Positions 36,928 through 47,168 are shown, counted from the first letter of the stretch. The stretch is DNA of 64,000 nucleotides from Candidatus Omnitrophota bacterium (GCA_018826075.1 JAHKAJ010000025.1:37608-101607), one strand, 5' to 3'. Program-made: numbers and translations. The notes: generated by a model not told the origin, from the sequence alone.

Positions 36928-38789
36928 ATGTCCCGCTTGCGAGTAGAAGACAAGACCAGCATCCGCAAAGATTCATCATCCCGCATCCGCATCCAGTTTT
37001 TATAAAAATTATGTTCGCGGACGATCTGGGCGATAGCCATCAAAGAACGCAGGTGAAAATTCCGCTCATTGCGCGAACCAGCTAAAACAAAAACAATATG
37101 GACCGGCGGCTTATCCGGGAAAAAGATTATCCCGGCTTTGGAACGGACAATAAGTATTTCAAAACGGTTATCTTCCTTGACTACGATATGCGGAAGAGCC
37201 AGGCCTTCTTCGATCACCGTGGTTGACTGTTGTTCTCTTTCAATAAGCAAGTCTTTGATTTCTTTCTGGTCGACATTAAGGCGCAGGCTAAGGATCTCCG
37301 AAGCTACTGAGAAAAAATCATCGCGGGAAATACTGCCGGTCAGGTCTAGGACCGGACATTTCTCGATTAAATGGTCAAAACGGTCTTTAATCACATTGTC
37401 ACGCTTATGCAGGATCTCTTTTAACTCATCTTCCAGGGAATTATCCACAAACTCCTTGGCAGTCACCCGCTCAACAATATGCATCAGGGCTGACTGGCGT
37501 TTGATGGTCCGGGCTGAAAAAACAAACCAGACTAGGCTCACGCCGATAAAAGAAAAACTTATCAACAGCGGAACTTTGCCCATCTCAAAAATCAAAAAAC
37601 TGTAGGCAATGATCGCGACTATCTGAATCCAGGGATAAAGCGGCGATTTAAAAGTCGGCCGATAATTTATGATCCGGCTCTCGCGCATAATGATCAGGGA
37701 AAGGTTGACAAAAATAAACAGCATCAGCATCAAAGTCGATGCGGTTTTGACTAAAGTCTTTAAGTCCAAAAATAAAATTAAAAATACCATAAACAGGCCG
37801 GTAAAAAAAATCGAAACATAAGGGATATTGTGCCTTTTAGAGACTAGCGAAAAAACCTTAGGCAAAAAACCGTCTTTAGCCATGGCCAAAGGAATCCGCG
37901 AAGAAGAAAGTACCCCAGCATTAGCAGTGGTAAAAAAAGCGATCATTGCTGCCAGCGATAGAAATATTGCCAAAGGTATCCCGCCTAATTTTAAAGCCCC
38001 GTGAGTCAAAGGGGTAAGTGTTGAGCCAAAGCTTTGAGCTGGAAGAATACTTATGGTAACTGCTACTGACAAGACATAGATTATCTGGACCACGAAAAAC
38101 GACAAAAACATCCCTAAAGGAATAGTTTTTGAAGGATTTTTTGTGTCTTCGGCTATTGAGGCTACTTTAGTCAAACCACCGAAAGAGATAAAAACCATGC
38201 CGGCTACTGAAAAAAACGGCCCGATTTCTACCGGCAAGAATGATTGGATATTTTGCAGAGAAACTTTATTAATCCCTAAAACTATATACAGGCCGCAGGC
38301 CAGAAGAAGAATAATCACCATGATATTTTGGAGACCGGCGCTTAGCTTTACGCTGGAAAGATTAACTAGTACAAAAATAAGGCAAAAAAATACTGCGGCC
38401 AGCTTTACATAGAAATAAAACTGAGGGTCGGCTATCGAACTTTGGGGAAGTAAATATTCCAGAAAGGCACCGATTCCCACCAAAGCAAAAGCACTCTTTA
38501 AACTGATTGAAAACCAGTTAGCCAGGCCGCCGAAGATACCCAGGAAAGGGCCGAAGCTTCTTTCGATATAAAAATAGTCGCCGCCGGATTTGGGCATGGC
38601 GCTAAGCAGTTCAGATTTACTCATTATCGAGGGGATCATCAAGATCCCGGCAAAAAAATAGGCTGAAACAATCGAAGAGCCGCCATAACGGTAGGCGATA
38701 GCCGGAAGGACAAACAGGCCGGAAGAGATCATTGCTCCAGTAGCAATGCAGAAAATATCCCATAAATTAAGCTTTTGACCGCTACTCAT
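36924..38789 (-). CDS. APC-family amino-acid permease fused to a C-terminal PTS EIIA(Ntr/Fru)-type domain
   Basis: 12 TM helices in the N-terminal 430 aa. The C-terminal about 150 aa carries GLALPH plus a following beta-sheet pattern typical of the PTS_EIIA_2 fold. Confidence 0.7.
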   Translation of the reverse strand: MSSGQKLNLWDIFCIATGAMISSGLFVLPAIAYRYGGSSIVSAYFFAGILMIPSIMSKSELLSAMPKSGGDYFYIERSFGPFLGIFGGLANWFSISLKSAFALVGIGAFLEYLLPQSSIADPQFYFYVKLAAVFFCLIFVLVNLSSVKLSAGLQNIMVIILLLACGLYIVLGINKVSLQNIQSFLPVEIGPFFSVAGMVFISFGGLTKVASIAEDTKNPSKTIPLGMFLSFFVVQIIYVLSVAVTISILPAQSFGSTLTPLTHGALKLGGIPLAIFLSLAAMIAFFTTANAGVLSSSRIPLAMAKDGFLPKVFSLVSKRHNIPYVSIFFTGLFMVFLILFLDLKTLVKTASTLMLMLFIFVNLSLIIMRESRIINYRPTFKSPLYPWIQIVAIIAYSFLIFEMGKVPLLISFSFIGVSLVWFVFSARTIKRQSALMHIVERVTAKEFVDNSLEDELKEILHKRDNVIKDRFDHLIEKCPVLDLTGSISRDDFFSVASEILSLRLNVDQKEIKDLLIEREQQSTTVIEEGLALPHIVVKEDNRFEILIVRSKAGIIFFPDKPPVHIVFVLAGSRNERNFHLRSLMAIAQIVREHNFYKNWMRMRDDESLRMLVLSSTRKRDI

Positions 38790-38836
38790 AACCAGAAAAT
38801 CATATCATAATTAGGCCTAAGAATAAAGACCCATTT

Positions 38837-38939
38837 AATCGGGACACATCCCATTTAAATACTCCCCGATTCCATTAAGCTAGCTAGCCCCGATTACCTA
38901 AGCAAGACAAGGGCTTTTTAAATGGGATGTGTCCCGATT
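38837..38939. repeat. 23-bp perfect inverted repeat (AATCGGGACACATCCCATTTAAA / TTTAAATGGGATGTGTCCCGATT) with 57-nt spacer
   Basis: Arms at 38837-38859 and 38917-38939. The spacer contains a duplicated CCCCGATT and the palindrome GCTAGCTAGC. It lies in the divergent permease / rpsU promoter region. Confidence 0.6.
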
Positions 38940-38958
38940 TTTTCGCCAATTTTTTTAT

Positions 38959-38986
38959 TTGAAAAATTCAAGAAATATGGTATAAC
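38959..38986 (+). promoter_or_regulatory. sigma70-like promoter for rpsU
   Basis: TTGAAA, a 16-nt spacer, then TATAAC, about 30 nt upstream of the GGAGG RBS. Confidence 0.4.
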
Positions 38987-39018
38987 AATGAAACCAATTA
39001 GAATCAAGGAGGAATCAA

Positions 39019-39173
39019 TGGCTGAAGTAAAAATTAGCAAAAATGAAGATTTTGAACGGGCTTTAAGAGGCTTCCGGGCTCAATGCAAGAAAGAAGGGAT
39101 CGTTAAAAAATTCAGAGAACGCCAGTACTTTATCAAACCCTCTGAGCGCCGCCGGACCAAGAAGAAAAAATAG
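39019..39173 (+). CDS. rpsU: 30S ribosomal protein S21
   Basis: MAEVKISKNEDFERALRGFRAQCKKEGIVKKFRERQYFIKPSERRRTKKKK. RBS GGAGG is 5 nt upstream. The longer ORF-track start is an artefact of the inverted repeat. Confidence 0.85.
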
Positions 39174-39186
39174 TTAAAACTCCTCT

Positions 39187-42051
39187 CTAAAAGCAAAAAC
39201 CCTTAAACGGGCAATTTTGGCATTTACGCTCTTCTCTTTCCGGTAAAAACGGTATACCGGAATCAAACAACTCATCAATAATAACCTCTAAACTTTCTAA
39301 ACAGATTTTAATCAACTTCTCTCTCTGGGAATAATCCAAATCAGAGATAAACTGATTATGCTCAAGAGTCCTTAGATTATACAATTCGGCATTCAAACTT
39401 TTTTCGGGAAATTCCCGGGAAATAAAATGATAGTAAAGCGGCAGCTGAAATGATTTTATATTCTCTTTTATCGACTCCCGCTCCAACGGCATATTTTTCA
39501 GGCTGTTAAAACTCTTAGGCATGATGTCTGAACCGCCGGTCTTATAGTCAATGATCAAAAGGCTTGAATCTTCCAATTCATCGATACGGTCAAGAGTATA
39601 GTTAAAGTTTAAACTATAGCCGCTGAAATCCAATGAACTGCTGCGCTTTTCTTCAAGGCCGACCAGGCGCTTTACCGGGCGTTCTTTTTCCTGGTCTAAA
39701 AAACTCTCCAGGCGTTTTCGGATAATCCGTTTTAGAAGAAAGGAATCGGACCTCATCCGGGCAGCCAGCTGTTGGTCAAATTTCTTATCCATCCTGGCAA
39801 AAAAGTGTTTAACAAATTTATCGTCGATTGAAGGCTTGCGGCCTTTAAAATCGGAAAAAGTCTCCTCGAGGATCTCGTGGATAAAATTCCCGATATGCCA
39901 GCTTTGCGGCTCATCCAAAAGGTCATCTTTGGCTTTTAAACCCAAAACATACTGATAATAAAATTTTAACGGGCACTGTAAATAAGTGTTTATCCGGCTG
40001 GCTGAATAAACTTGAGCCTTTAAAGATTCGATCACCTGGGGCGTCTTGGGAATCTGATATTTACGCAGGCTGGCAATCAGGGAAAACGAACTTAAGGGAA
40101 TCTCCGGGGTCAGATACTGGGATTTTTCTCTCTGGATCTTCCAGAAGATCTCTTCGATAAAACGGCTCCTCTCTTTAGCCGGGTTTTTCTCATAAATCAG
40201 ATAGGCCCGGCGGCTGGAAGCGACCAAAGAGTTGAATTGATACCTTTGGATCTCCTCCTCTTTCTCCAAGCGGTTTAATCCCAAATTAAGCATCACTTCA
40301 CGGGGGACCAAAGGTTCATAGATCTTTAATTTAGGCAAAACCCCTTCATTCATCCCGGTAATAATAACGTTCTCAAAGCTTAGCGAACGGGTTTCAAACA
40401 AACCCAGGATCTGGGTTCCCTTTAACGGCGAACCGGAAAAAGCGATTTTTTCATAACTTAGTTTCTGCTCAAAAATATCCCAAATCTGACTGAGGCTAAA
40501 CGGTTCGTCACTGAAAGTCAGATTCCCCAACTCTTCAGCCAGCGTCATTAACTTTTCAATGACTTTTAAATTAAAGGGAAATTTGTCCAGGCTGCTGTTT
40601 TCAATCAAAAAAAGCAAAAATTCAGTCAAACTTTTACTGAATTTAGAAAAACTATCGGCCTCTTGCCAATTCAAGAATAAAAGCTGATGAAGTTTACGCA
40701 GAAGCTTACGGCATTGGCTTTGCGAAAAATCAATACCCATGCTTTCCAAAGTCTCTGTCGCCAGGGAATAGATCTTGTCTTCGCTCTCGATCTGAGAAAG
40801 CTCTAAAAATAAACTGCCGCTGATTGTGCTGGGCTGGCTTGCCGAAATCAACTCCTCCAACTTATGGACAATAACTCTGGTTGCGGCAGGATCCTGAATG
40901 ATCTTGAGGTTTTTAACCATCGGGTGCCGGATGAGGTTTAAATAGTCGCGGGTATAAACCTTCTGGCCGCGCCGGCTTTCCTGGGCGCGGCGCAAAACAA
41001 CAAACAAAGCATAAAGAGAACTTCTGGCTAAAGGATAACCCATGGAAATATTACATTCATCAACTGCCGGAGAGATTTCGCTAAGCACGGCTATCAAATT
41101 GTCGGCTTGAGGAAGAACGATCACCGTATCTTGCTTATTCTCGATTTTCTTAAAGATCTCCCCGACCAAAGCCGCTTCCGACTGTTTATCAAACGCCTGG
41201 TAAAATTTTAACTCCGGGCTGGCTGCTTTATTGACTGGCGGCTCAAACCGACTATCAAACTCCCGGAAGTTTTTTTCAAGCACTGACCAATCCTGGCCTG
41301 AACCCTGAAATAAATACAAACCTTTGCCTTTAGCCTTGATCTCTTTCATGATCCGGGATTCGGTTTTCTGCAGATAAAAAAAGTTACAGAAGATAATCGA
41401 CTCAAATTCCTTAAAATCCTTGTCTTTGATTTTTTGGGAAGCTTGCCGATAGAGGCGACCGCGGGTATATAAATCCTTTTTGCTTAAGTTTTCCTGATAG
41501 GCCCGGCGGATAGCCACGATCCGCTCAAGAAGAGCATTGATGCTTTCAGGGATCTCATAGCCGATCTTAGCGCTTTTCTCGATATCTTTAAGGCTGGAAT
41601 CACTGATATCTTCCAGGTCAAGCTGTTCGATAAATGAACTGATCTCTCTGGCCCAGGGTAAAAATTCGCTGAAAGTTTCTCTTTTGTTAAGCAAACCCGG
41701 AGCGATCTCGGCGGCGATCTTATAGATAGAATAAGCCGCCTCCAGGTCGCTGATCAACTTCAGCTTCGGTTCGGCGACAATGTATTCGACAAACTCATCG
41801 ATAGTAAAAACTTTAGGCGGGTAAAAAGGTTTTTTTATTTTTTCGCTTAAAGATTTGCGCAGGAACAACCCCGGCCGGCGGCCGCCGAAAACACAAGCCA
41901 GATTGCTGAAATCAACCCTTCGACTACGCTTAGGGTTGATACTGAGCGAAGTCGAAGTATCAAAATCCGGCCGCTTAAACTCCTCGAGGATAAATCCCGA
42001 CAGGTTATCAATAAAATTATCGCCTAAATCCCAGGTTATTACTTTTGACAT
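39187..42051 (-). CDS. addB: helicase-nuclease complex subunit AddB-like (PD-(D/E)XK nuclease with Fe-S cluster)
   Basis: C-terminal IDYKTGG nuclease motif and CQNCPFKGFCF cysteines. Immediately follows addA. Confidence 0.7.
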   Translation of the reverse strand: MSKVITWDLGDNFIDNLSGFILEEFKRPDFDTSTSLSINPKRSRRVDFSNLACVFGGRRPGLFLRKSLSEKIKKPFYPPKVFTIDEFVEYIVAEPKLKLISDLEAAYSIYKIAAEIAPGLLNKRETFSEFLPWAREISSFIEQLDLEDISDSSLKDIEKSAKIGYEIPESINALLERIVAIRRAYQENLSKKDLYTRGRLYRQASQKIKDKDFKEFESIIFCNFFYLQKTESRIMKEIKAKGKGLYLFQGSGQDWSVLEKNFREFDSRFEPPVNKAASPELKFYQAFDKQSEAALVGEIFKKIENKQDTVIVLPQADNLIAVLSEISPAVDECNISMGYPLARSSLYALFVVLRRAQESRRGQKVYTRDYLNLIRHPMVKNLKIIQDPAATRVIVHKLEELISASQPSTISGSLFLELSQIESEDKIYSLATETLESMGIDFSQSQCRKLLRKLHQLLFLNWQEADSFSKFSKSLTEFLLFLIENSSLDKFPFNLKVIEKLMTLAEELGNLTFSDEPFSLSQIWDIFEQKLSYEKIAFSGSPLKGTQILGLFETRSLSFENVIITGMNEGVLPKLKIYEPLVPREVMLNLGLNRLEKEEEIQRYQFNSLVASSRRAYLIYEKNPAKERSRFIEEIFWKIQREKSQYLTPEIPLSSFSLIASLRKYQIPKTPQVIESLKAQVYSASRINTYLQCPLKFYYQYVLGLKAKDDLLDEPQSWHIGNFIHEILEETFSDFKGRKPSIDDKFVKHFFARMDKKFDQQLAARMRSDSFLLKRIIRKRLESFLDQEKERPVKRLVGLEEKRSSSLDFSGYSLNFNYTLDRIDELEDSSLLIIDYKTGGSDIMPKSFNSLKNMPLERESIKENIKSFQLPLYYHFISREFPEKSLNAELYNLRTLEHNQFISDLDYSQREKLIKICLESLEVIIDELFDSGIPFLPEREERKCQNCPFKGFCF

Positions 42052-42068
42052 AAGCTATTCAAAGTCAA

Positions 42069-45000
42069 CTATAGCGCGACTTCTTCCAACGAAAAATCAT
42101 CTAAATAAACCAAAAAACCCTTTAAAGATTTTTCAGGATAGATAGCTGAAAATATCTGCAGGTATTCTTTGATCTGACGGCGGTGTTCGGCTTCATTTTT
42201 AGCCGCAGCCTTATAATCGACTATCACCGCTTCTTTATCCTTAATTATCAGCCGATCGACTCTTTTTAAATTGCCGTAGCGATCAACTACCTCTTTCTCG
42301 CAAAATACTTTACCCTCAAAAAGATAAAAAATATCTTTAAACTCATCCCGCGACAAAAACTCCTCCAGCTTCTCAAGATAAGGAGAAAAATCCTTAACCA
42401 AAGGGTAAAACCCTTTCAGGCCAGAGATCGCTGCTTGAGCTATCAGTTTCGGATCTTTCTTGAAACAATTACCGATTCGGCTGAGCAAAGCATGGATCAA
42501 GTTTCCCTCGATGATCTTTTCCCGGTTGATCAATTCCTGCCGGTTGGCCTCTTCCTGCTTGAGCAAGCTTATCCAATCACTGTAGGTTTGCGGCCGGATT
42601 TGGATCATCGGCTGGCTCAAATCAGGCTCAAGGCCCGGGTAATGGCGCTGACTACCTGATTCAGTCAACTTTTCAGGAATAAAAAAAGCCGCCTTATTTA
42701 AGCTTGCCCCGCTTTTTTTAGGGATAAAAATATAAAGTTCGTATTGCGGCCGGGTCAAAGCCACATAGATATTGTTCAATTCGTCAACGCAGGCTTTTTT
42801 GTAACTATCCAGGTATATGGCCTTAAGTTTTTTTGAAAAAAGACGATGATTCTTGGTGATCCTGACTAAACCCAGGTTATCCATACCCTGCGGACAAACA
42901 TAAGAGTTTGTCCCTTTGGTTCCGGTCTCCGACTTTATATCGATCTTGAAAAAAGGAATGATCACTACCGGAAATTCCAACCCCTTGGACTTATGAATAG
43001 TCAAAACCTTGACTGAGCTGCTATGGGTAATGTTAACGTAAAGATCCTCGCTAGAAGCATTCTCCAGGTACTGGAAAAAATCCTCCATCCCAACGCATTC
43101 ATCTTCGCTCTTTTTTATCAACTCTAAAAATTTCATCAGAAAAGCCTGCTGGCCGGAAAATCTTTTTAAAAGGTCAAAACGGCTGTAAATACTCAAAACC
43201 AGCTCATAGACCGAAATAAATCCGACATTCTGGTAAAAATCCTGTATATACTCTTGCCAAACCCCGGGGTATTGCTGGCTAAATTTACGGTAAAGGTAAG
43301 TCGAATCCTGGGAGCGGTTTTTAGGATTGACCTCAAAGATAAATTCACGGATTTCTTCAACTGAAGAACCGCTTAATCGGCTAAAAATCTCCCCTAAAAT
43401 AAAACCGGCAAAATTTAGATCGTCAATCGGTGAATGCAGGAATTTTAAAAAGCAGATTATCTCCTTGATAAAGGAGTTCTCAATGACGTTAAGGGTCTTT
43501 TCCGACTCAACCGGTATCCCTTCGGAAAGCAGCCAGGAACTTAACAGCTCGACTTCCGAATTATCCCGAGCCAGCAAGGCAATATCTTCAGCTTGAAAAC
43601 GCTGGCGCAGGCTATTGATCAAGGCAATGAGTTTCGGCTGGATGATCTGGTTGCGCTCCTGCTGGTTTTTCTCATCAAGCCGCTCTACGGCTACATAACC
43701 CCAAAGATTTTCCGGGCGGCCCTTTTGCTCGGCATCTCTAAAAATATCAATAACCTCGTTTATATCTCCGGATAGCTCATCGCTTATCCCTGAACAATCA
43801 AGAGCCAACTTAAGGTTATCGTTTGAAAATACCTGGTTGTTGAACTCGATGATCTCTTTTTGGCTGCGCCAGTTATTGGTAAGTTGCGCCGGTATAACGT
43901 TATAACGGGAAAATTCGGCCTTGATCTGATCAAACAAGCGCACTTCTCCGCCGCGGAAACGGTAAATCGCCTGTTTTTTATCGCCGACATAAAACAACGA
44001 GCCGCCGGTGGAAAGGGCATCTTCGATCATCGGTTCCAGATTTCGCCACTGCAAAACACTGGTATCCTGAAACTCATCGATCAAGTAATGTTTAAAATGA
44101 GCGGCTAAGCGATAGTAGGCCTCGGCAACGGTGAAGCCTTGATTGTCAAAAAGTAAACGGGCTTTCCAGTTAAGTTCTTCCAAAAACAAAAGGTCTTCTT
44201 TTTTAGATACAACCTGAAAAAAACCCAGCAGTTTACCAAAAAGATCAATGTAAGGGTTATAAGCCACCATAGCATCAAGCTCACTCAAAGATACCAGTTG
44301 TTTATGGACTTTCTGCCAAATTTTGGAAAAATCTCCGGAATAGTCAGAACCTTTATTCATCAACGGGCCGGGTTTACTAAAACCCTGGGGTAACTGGGCC
44401 AGATCAAAAATGTCTTGGTTTTTATCGAGAAACTTAAGGATCCCCCGGCGGGTATTGGCATTCATCCCTTCGGGAAGCTGGCTGGACAACTCTTCGATCA
44501 GTGAATAGACCTTTTTCTTGGCTTTTATGATATCAGAACTTTTACCGGGGTAACCCTTAAACAGCCCCCCGAACTTATTGCTTAAGGTAAACAAAGAATG
44601 CATTAACCCCAGGATATCCTCTTTGGGAAACCAGCCTTTGCGATTTTCGACAAATAAGTAATGGTCGAGAAAGTCTTCAAAAAGCTTTAAAGTCTCCTTA
44701 TCACTGGACGCCTGGTCGATCAGTAAATCCAGGCAATAAGTCAAGTAGCTTTGATAATCACGCTTTATTTTAAAACTGGCTGAACGCTCGATGTTTAAAG
44801 CCGAACCTAAAAGAAGGGCATTGATAAAACTATCAATAGTCTGGACTTGGAAAAAATTATAGTGCCGGATTATTTGTTCAACGATATCCCGGGCGGCTGT
44901 CTTGGCCTGTTCCTGGCTCAATCCCAGCAACTCCAGGATATCCTGTTTTTCTTTAGGCGAAGAGAAACTGTCGAGAGCGATCCTTTTAAGCAACTCTAAG

Positions 45001-45212
45001 ATCCGCTCCTTCATCTCAAAGGTAGCTTTATTGGTAAAAGTAATGGCCAGAATCGAAGCTAAAGGTATTTTTCCCTGGCCAAGGCGGGGATCGATCAACA
45101 GCTTAAGGTATCGTTTAGCCAGGGCAAAGGTTTTTCCTGAACCGGCAGAAGCCTCGACTACCAGGACTTGAGGAAATTTAAGAAGGTTGGGATCGTTGTT
45201 GGCGCCCATCAA
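42069..45212 (-). CDS. addA: ATP-dependent helicase/nuclease AddA (UvrD/RecB family)
   Basis: Walker A EASAGSGKTFAL, UvrD helicase motifs and a C-terminal RecB-type nuclease (VDYKAA). Confidence 0.85.
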   Translation of the reverse strand: MMGANNDPNLLKFPQVLVVEASAGSGKTFALAKRYLKLLIDPRLGQGKIPLASILAITFTNKATFEMKERILELLKRIALDSFSSPKEKQDILELLGLSQEQAKTAARDIVEQIIRHYNFFQVQTIDSFINALLLGSALNIERSASFKIKRDYQSYLTYCLDLLIDQASSDKETLKLFEDFLDHYLFVENRKGWFPKEDILGLMHSLFTLSNKFGGLFKGYPGKSSDIIKAKKKVYSLIEELSSQLPEGMNANTRRGILKFLDKNQDIFDLAQLPQGFSKPGPLMNKGSDYSGDFSKIWQKVHKQLVSLSELDAMVAYNPYIDLFGKLLGFFQVVSKKEDLLFLEELNWKARLLFDNQGFTVAEAYYRLAAHFKHYLIDEFQDTSVLQWRNLEPMIEDALSTGGSLFYVGDKKQAIYRFRGGEVRLFDQIKAEFSRYNVIPAQLTNNWRSQKEIIEFNNQVFSNDNLKLALDCSGISDELSGDINEVIDIFRDAEQKGRPENLWGYVAVERLDEKNQQERNQIIQPKLIALINSLRQRFQAEDIALLARDNSEVELLSSWLLSEGIPVESEKTLNVIENSFIKEIICFLKFLHSPIDDLNFAGFILGEIFSRLSGSSVEEIREFIFEVNPKNRSQDSTYLYRKFSQQYPGVWQEYIQDFYQNVGFISVYELVLSIYSRFDLLKRFSGQQAFLMKFLELIKKSEDECVGMEDFFQYLENASSEDLYVNITHSSSVKVLTIHKSKGLEFPVVIIPFFKIDIKSETGTKGTNSYVCPQGMDNLGLVRITKNHRLFSKKLKAIYLDSYKKACVDELNNIYVALTRPQYELYIFIPKKSGASLNKAAFFIPEKLTESGSQRHYPGLEPDLSQPMIQIRPQTYSDWISLLKQEEANRQELINREKIIEGNLIHALLSRIGNCFKKDPKLIAQAAISGLKGFYPLVKDFSPYLEKLEEFLSRDEFKDIFYLFEGKVFCEKEVVDRYGNLKRVDRLIIKDKEAVIVDYKAAAKNEAEHRRQIKEYLQIFSAIYPEKSLKGFLVYLDDFSLEEVAL

Positions 45213-45248
45213 TCACAAATTGTTTTTAACCGGAGAGGATGGCAAAGA

Positions 45249-45599
45249 TTACGTTGGAAACCGTTCCTGTAACTTTTTAAAATAATAGGCGGAAAATAAC
45301 GATTCTTTTGAAGGCTCAACATCCAGCATCTCGCCGCCGCAAAAATATCCCTGTTCAGGGCCGACAAATTCTGACCAAGCTACCACCAGCTTAAACTGGA
45401 TCGACTCAAGCTCTTCAGGAATAAAATATTCGATAAACAGAACCTGGCCCTTTTTCCACTCGGTATCACTGGAAAAACAGATGCCCATCAGTGAGATATC
45501 TTTGGCTTTACCCTTGTAGATTTTCCCGACTTCGTTTAAGGGGCGAACCTCAACAAAGTCCCCCACGTTTAACCTTATCAGGCGGCGCCGATTATCCAT
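45249..45599 (-). CDS. PilZ domain protein
   Basis: RRRLIRL and DISLMG match the PilZ signatures. 116 aa. Confidence 0.55.
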   Translation of the reverse strand: MDNRRRLIRLNVGDFVEVRPLNEVGKIYKGKAKDISLMGICFSSDTEWKKGQVLFIEYFIPEELESIQFKLVVAWSEFVGPEQGYFCGGEMLDVEPSKESLFSAYYFKKLQERFPT

Positions 45600-45648
45600 A
45601 ATAAATTATTATATCAAAAAAAAGCAAATAAAAAAGGTCGACCTTTTT

Positions 45649-45810
45649 GGGGACAGGTCCCACTTTATAAACCTAATGTTTTCAATGCTTTTCTGACCAT
45701 TTTTTCAAATTCCTGAAATCTTTCTTTTTCCTCTAAGCATTTTTGATTTTTAAAAAATACAGCAAATAGCGTTTGATTTTACTGGGCTAATTTGACCGGG
45801 ACCTGTCCCC
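45649..45810. mobile_element. 162-bp MITE-like element, copy 2 (perfect 13-bp TIR GGGGACAGGTCCC)
   Basis: Same length and termini as copy 1, with internal identity roughly 70% by eye. It is preceded by an 18-bp perfect palindrome AAAAAGGTCGACCTTTTT (45631-45648) and ends 2 nt before the mazG stop codon. Confidence 0.6.
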
Positions 45811-45812
45811 GA

Positions 45813-46487
45813 TTAAAAATAGGTGGATTTTTTGGCCTGCTTTAAGATGGCCCGGCGGGTCCTGGTTTCCAGGTTGATTCCTTTACGATGGGCAATATTA
45901 GCTAAATCAATAACTATACCGCACAATAATTTCTCACTATTTTTACTTTTTTCCAAAGCTTTGACTTTAGCCTTTAAATCAACATAGGGTTTCTGACAGC
46001 TGGTTTTTTTAAAGTTTTCACCCTGCAAATAAGAAAGCTCTTTAAAAAAAATATCGGCTAAAAGTAAAGACGGTGCGGCTTGAGCCAAACGGTCTTTGAT
46101 CGAACGGCGTTTTTTCTGCTTGGCTTTACTGTTGACCCAATGCTTTAAAACTTCCTCTTTGTTGTTAAGCTTTTTTTTGCCAAAAACATGGGGATGGCGA
46201 GAGATCAACTTATGGTTTATGGTTTTAAATACTTCTTTAAGATCAAAGTTTCCTTTCTGGCGAAACATCTCGGTAATAACCACCAGAATCAAAAAAATAT
46301 CGCCCAGCTCCTCCTTGACTGACTTTAGCTGTTTCTTATCAATGGCATCGATAAGCTCATAGACTTCTTCCAGGAGGAAATTCTCCATGTTTTTAATCTT
46401 CTGGGCCCGGTCCCAGGGGCATCCCTTCGGCGAACGCAAAACTCTTACGGTTTTTAGAAGCTGGTTAAATTCTTTCATTTTTAGCAA
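45813..46487 (-). CDS. mazG: MazG-family nucleoside triphosphate pyrophosphohydrolase
   Basis: EEVYELIDAI...ELGDIFLILV is the MazG EExxE/D-rich catalytic helix pair. Confidence 0.8.
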   Translation of the reverse strand: MLKMKEFNQLLKTVRVLRSPKGCPWDRAQKIKNMENFLLEEVYELIDAIDKKQLKSVKEELGDIFLILVVITEMFRQKGNFDLKEVFKTINHKLISRHPHVFGKKKLNNKEEVLKHWVNSKAKQKKRRSIKDRLAQAAPSLLLADIFFKELSYLQGENFKKTSCQKPYVDLKAKVKALEKSKNSEKLLCGIVIDLANIAHRKGINLETRTRRAILKQAKKSTYF

Positions 46488-46518
46488 AGGTCCGGCTGAT
46501 TAGTTTGTTTTATTGCCT

Positions 46519-47076
46519 CTAACAGCCATGATTAATTAGGTAGACAAAGACATCTGAGTCGTAACGAAAAAGGCCTTTGTTTTCCCCGGCAGGATCATTA
46601 CCGTCTATGATTTTGTCTATTTTCTCTCCTAATGCTTGAAACGCAGTCGTACCCATATCCGTATCGGTTATCCGGAAAACTACGTTGACTCCGGTTTCTA
46701 TATCACCACCATCAATAAAGCAATCGCCCTCATTGTCGTATCCGTAGGGTGCACCCCAAGGATTAGGAATCGCGGCTTCAATATAAGGTCCATCCCATCC
46801 AGGTAAGTTAAGTACATTTTGTGCTACATCGGTATTCTCTATAGTCATAAGATTAGATCCGTAATCAGGGTTAGGCGCAGCGCCCTCTGTTGGAAACTTA
46901 CCCACATCAGTATAAAGAGAGAGAAAGGCAGTTCTAATAGTTTTGAAATCGCTCACTATCCGCGAAACCTTCGCCTTTTCAATAGCCTTAAAGGCATTGG
47001 GGGCGATGATAGCGGCAAGAATGGCGATGATAGCGATGACTACGATCAATTCGATTAAAGTAAATGTTTTTTTCAT
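46519..47076 (-). CDS. type IV pilin-like protein (isolated)
   Basis: MKKTFTLIELIVVIAIIAILAAIIAP is a canonical prepilin N-terminus. Start trimmed to 47076. Confidence 0.65.
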   Translation of the reverse strand: MKKTFTLIELIVVIAIIAILAAIIAPNAFKAIEKAKVSRIVSDFKTIRTAFLSLYTDVGKFPTEGAAPNPDYGSNLMTIENTDVAQNVLNLPGWDGPYIEAAIPNPWGAPYGYDNEGDCFIDGGDIETGVNVVFRITDTDMGTTAFQALGEKIDKIIDGNDPAGENKGLFRYDSDVFVYLINHGC

Positions 47077-47168
47077 ATTAATTATTTTACCACATCTAAC
47101 GTCGTGCATAAGTGGCCAAGCGAAAGAGAGGTCCAAGCCGCGAACTCGATGCGCTTGTTAGCCTGTTG

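Noticed and set aside
38922-39018. N-terminal extension of the rpsU ORF (MGCVPIFSP...)
   Set aside because: It is encoded by the right arm of the 23-bp inverted repeat. The real S21 starts at ATG 39019 with a GGAGG RBS and a conserved MAEVK... N-terminus.
45631-45648. 18-bp perfect palindrome AAAAAGGTCGACCTTTTT as an independent terminator
   Set aside because: The stem is almost entirely A/T apart from GGTCGACC, and the trailing T-run on the minus strand is interrupted. It may contribute to mazG/PilZ transcript boundaries, but it is more parsimoniously part of the MITE-like element's insertion context, so it is noted under that feature only.
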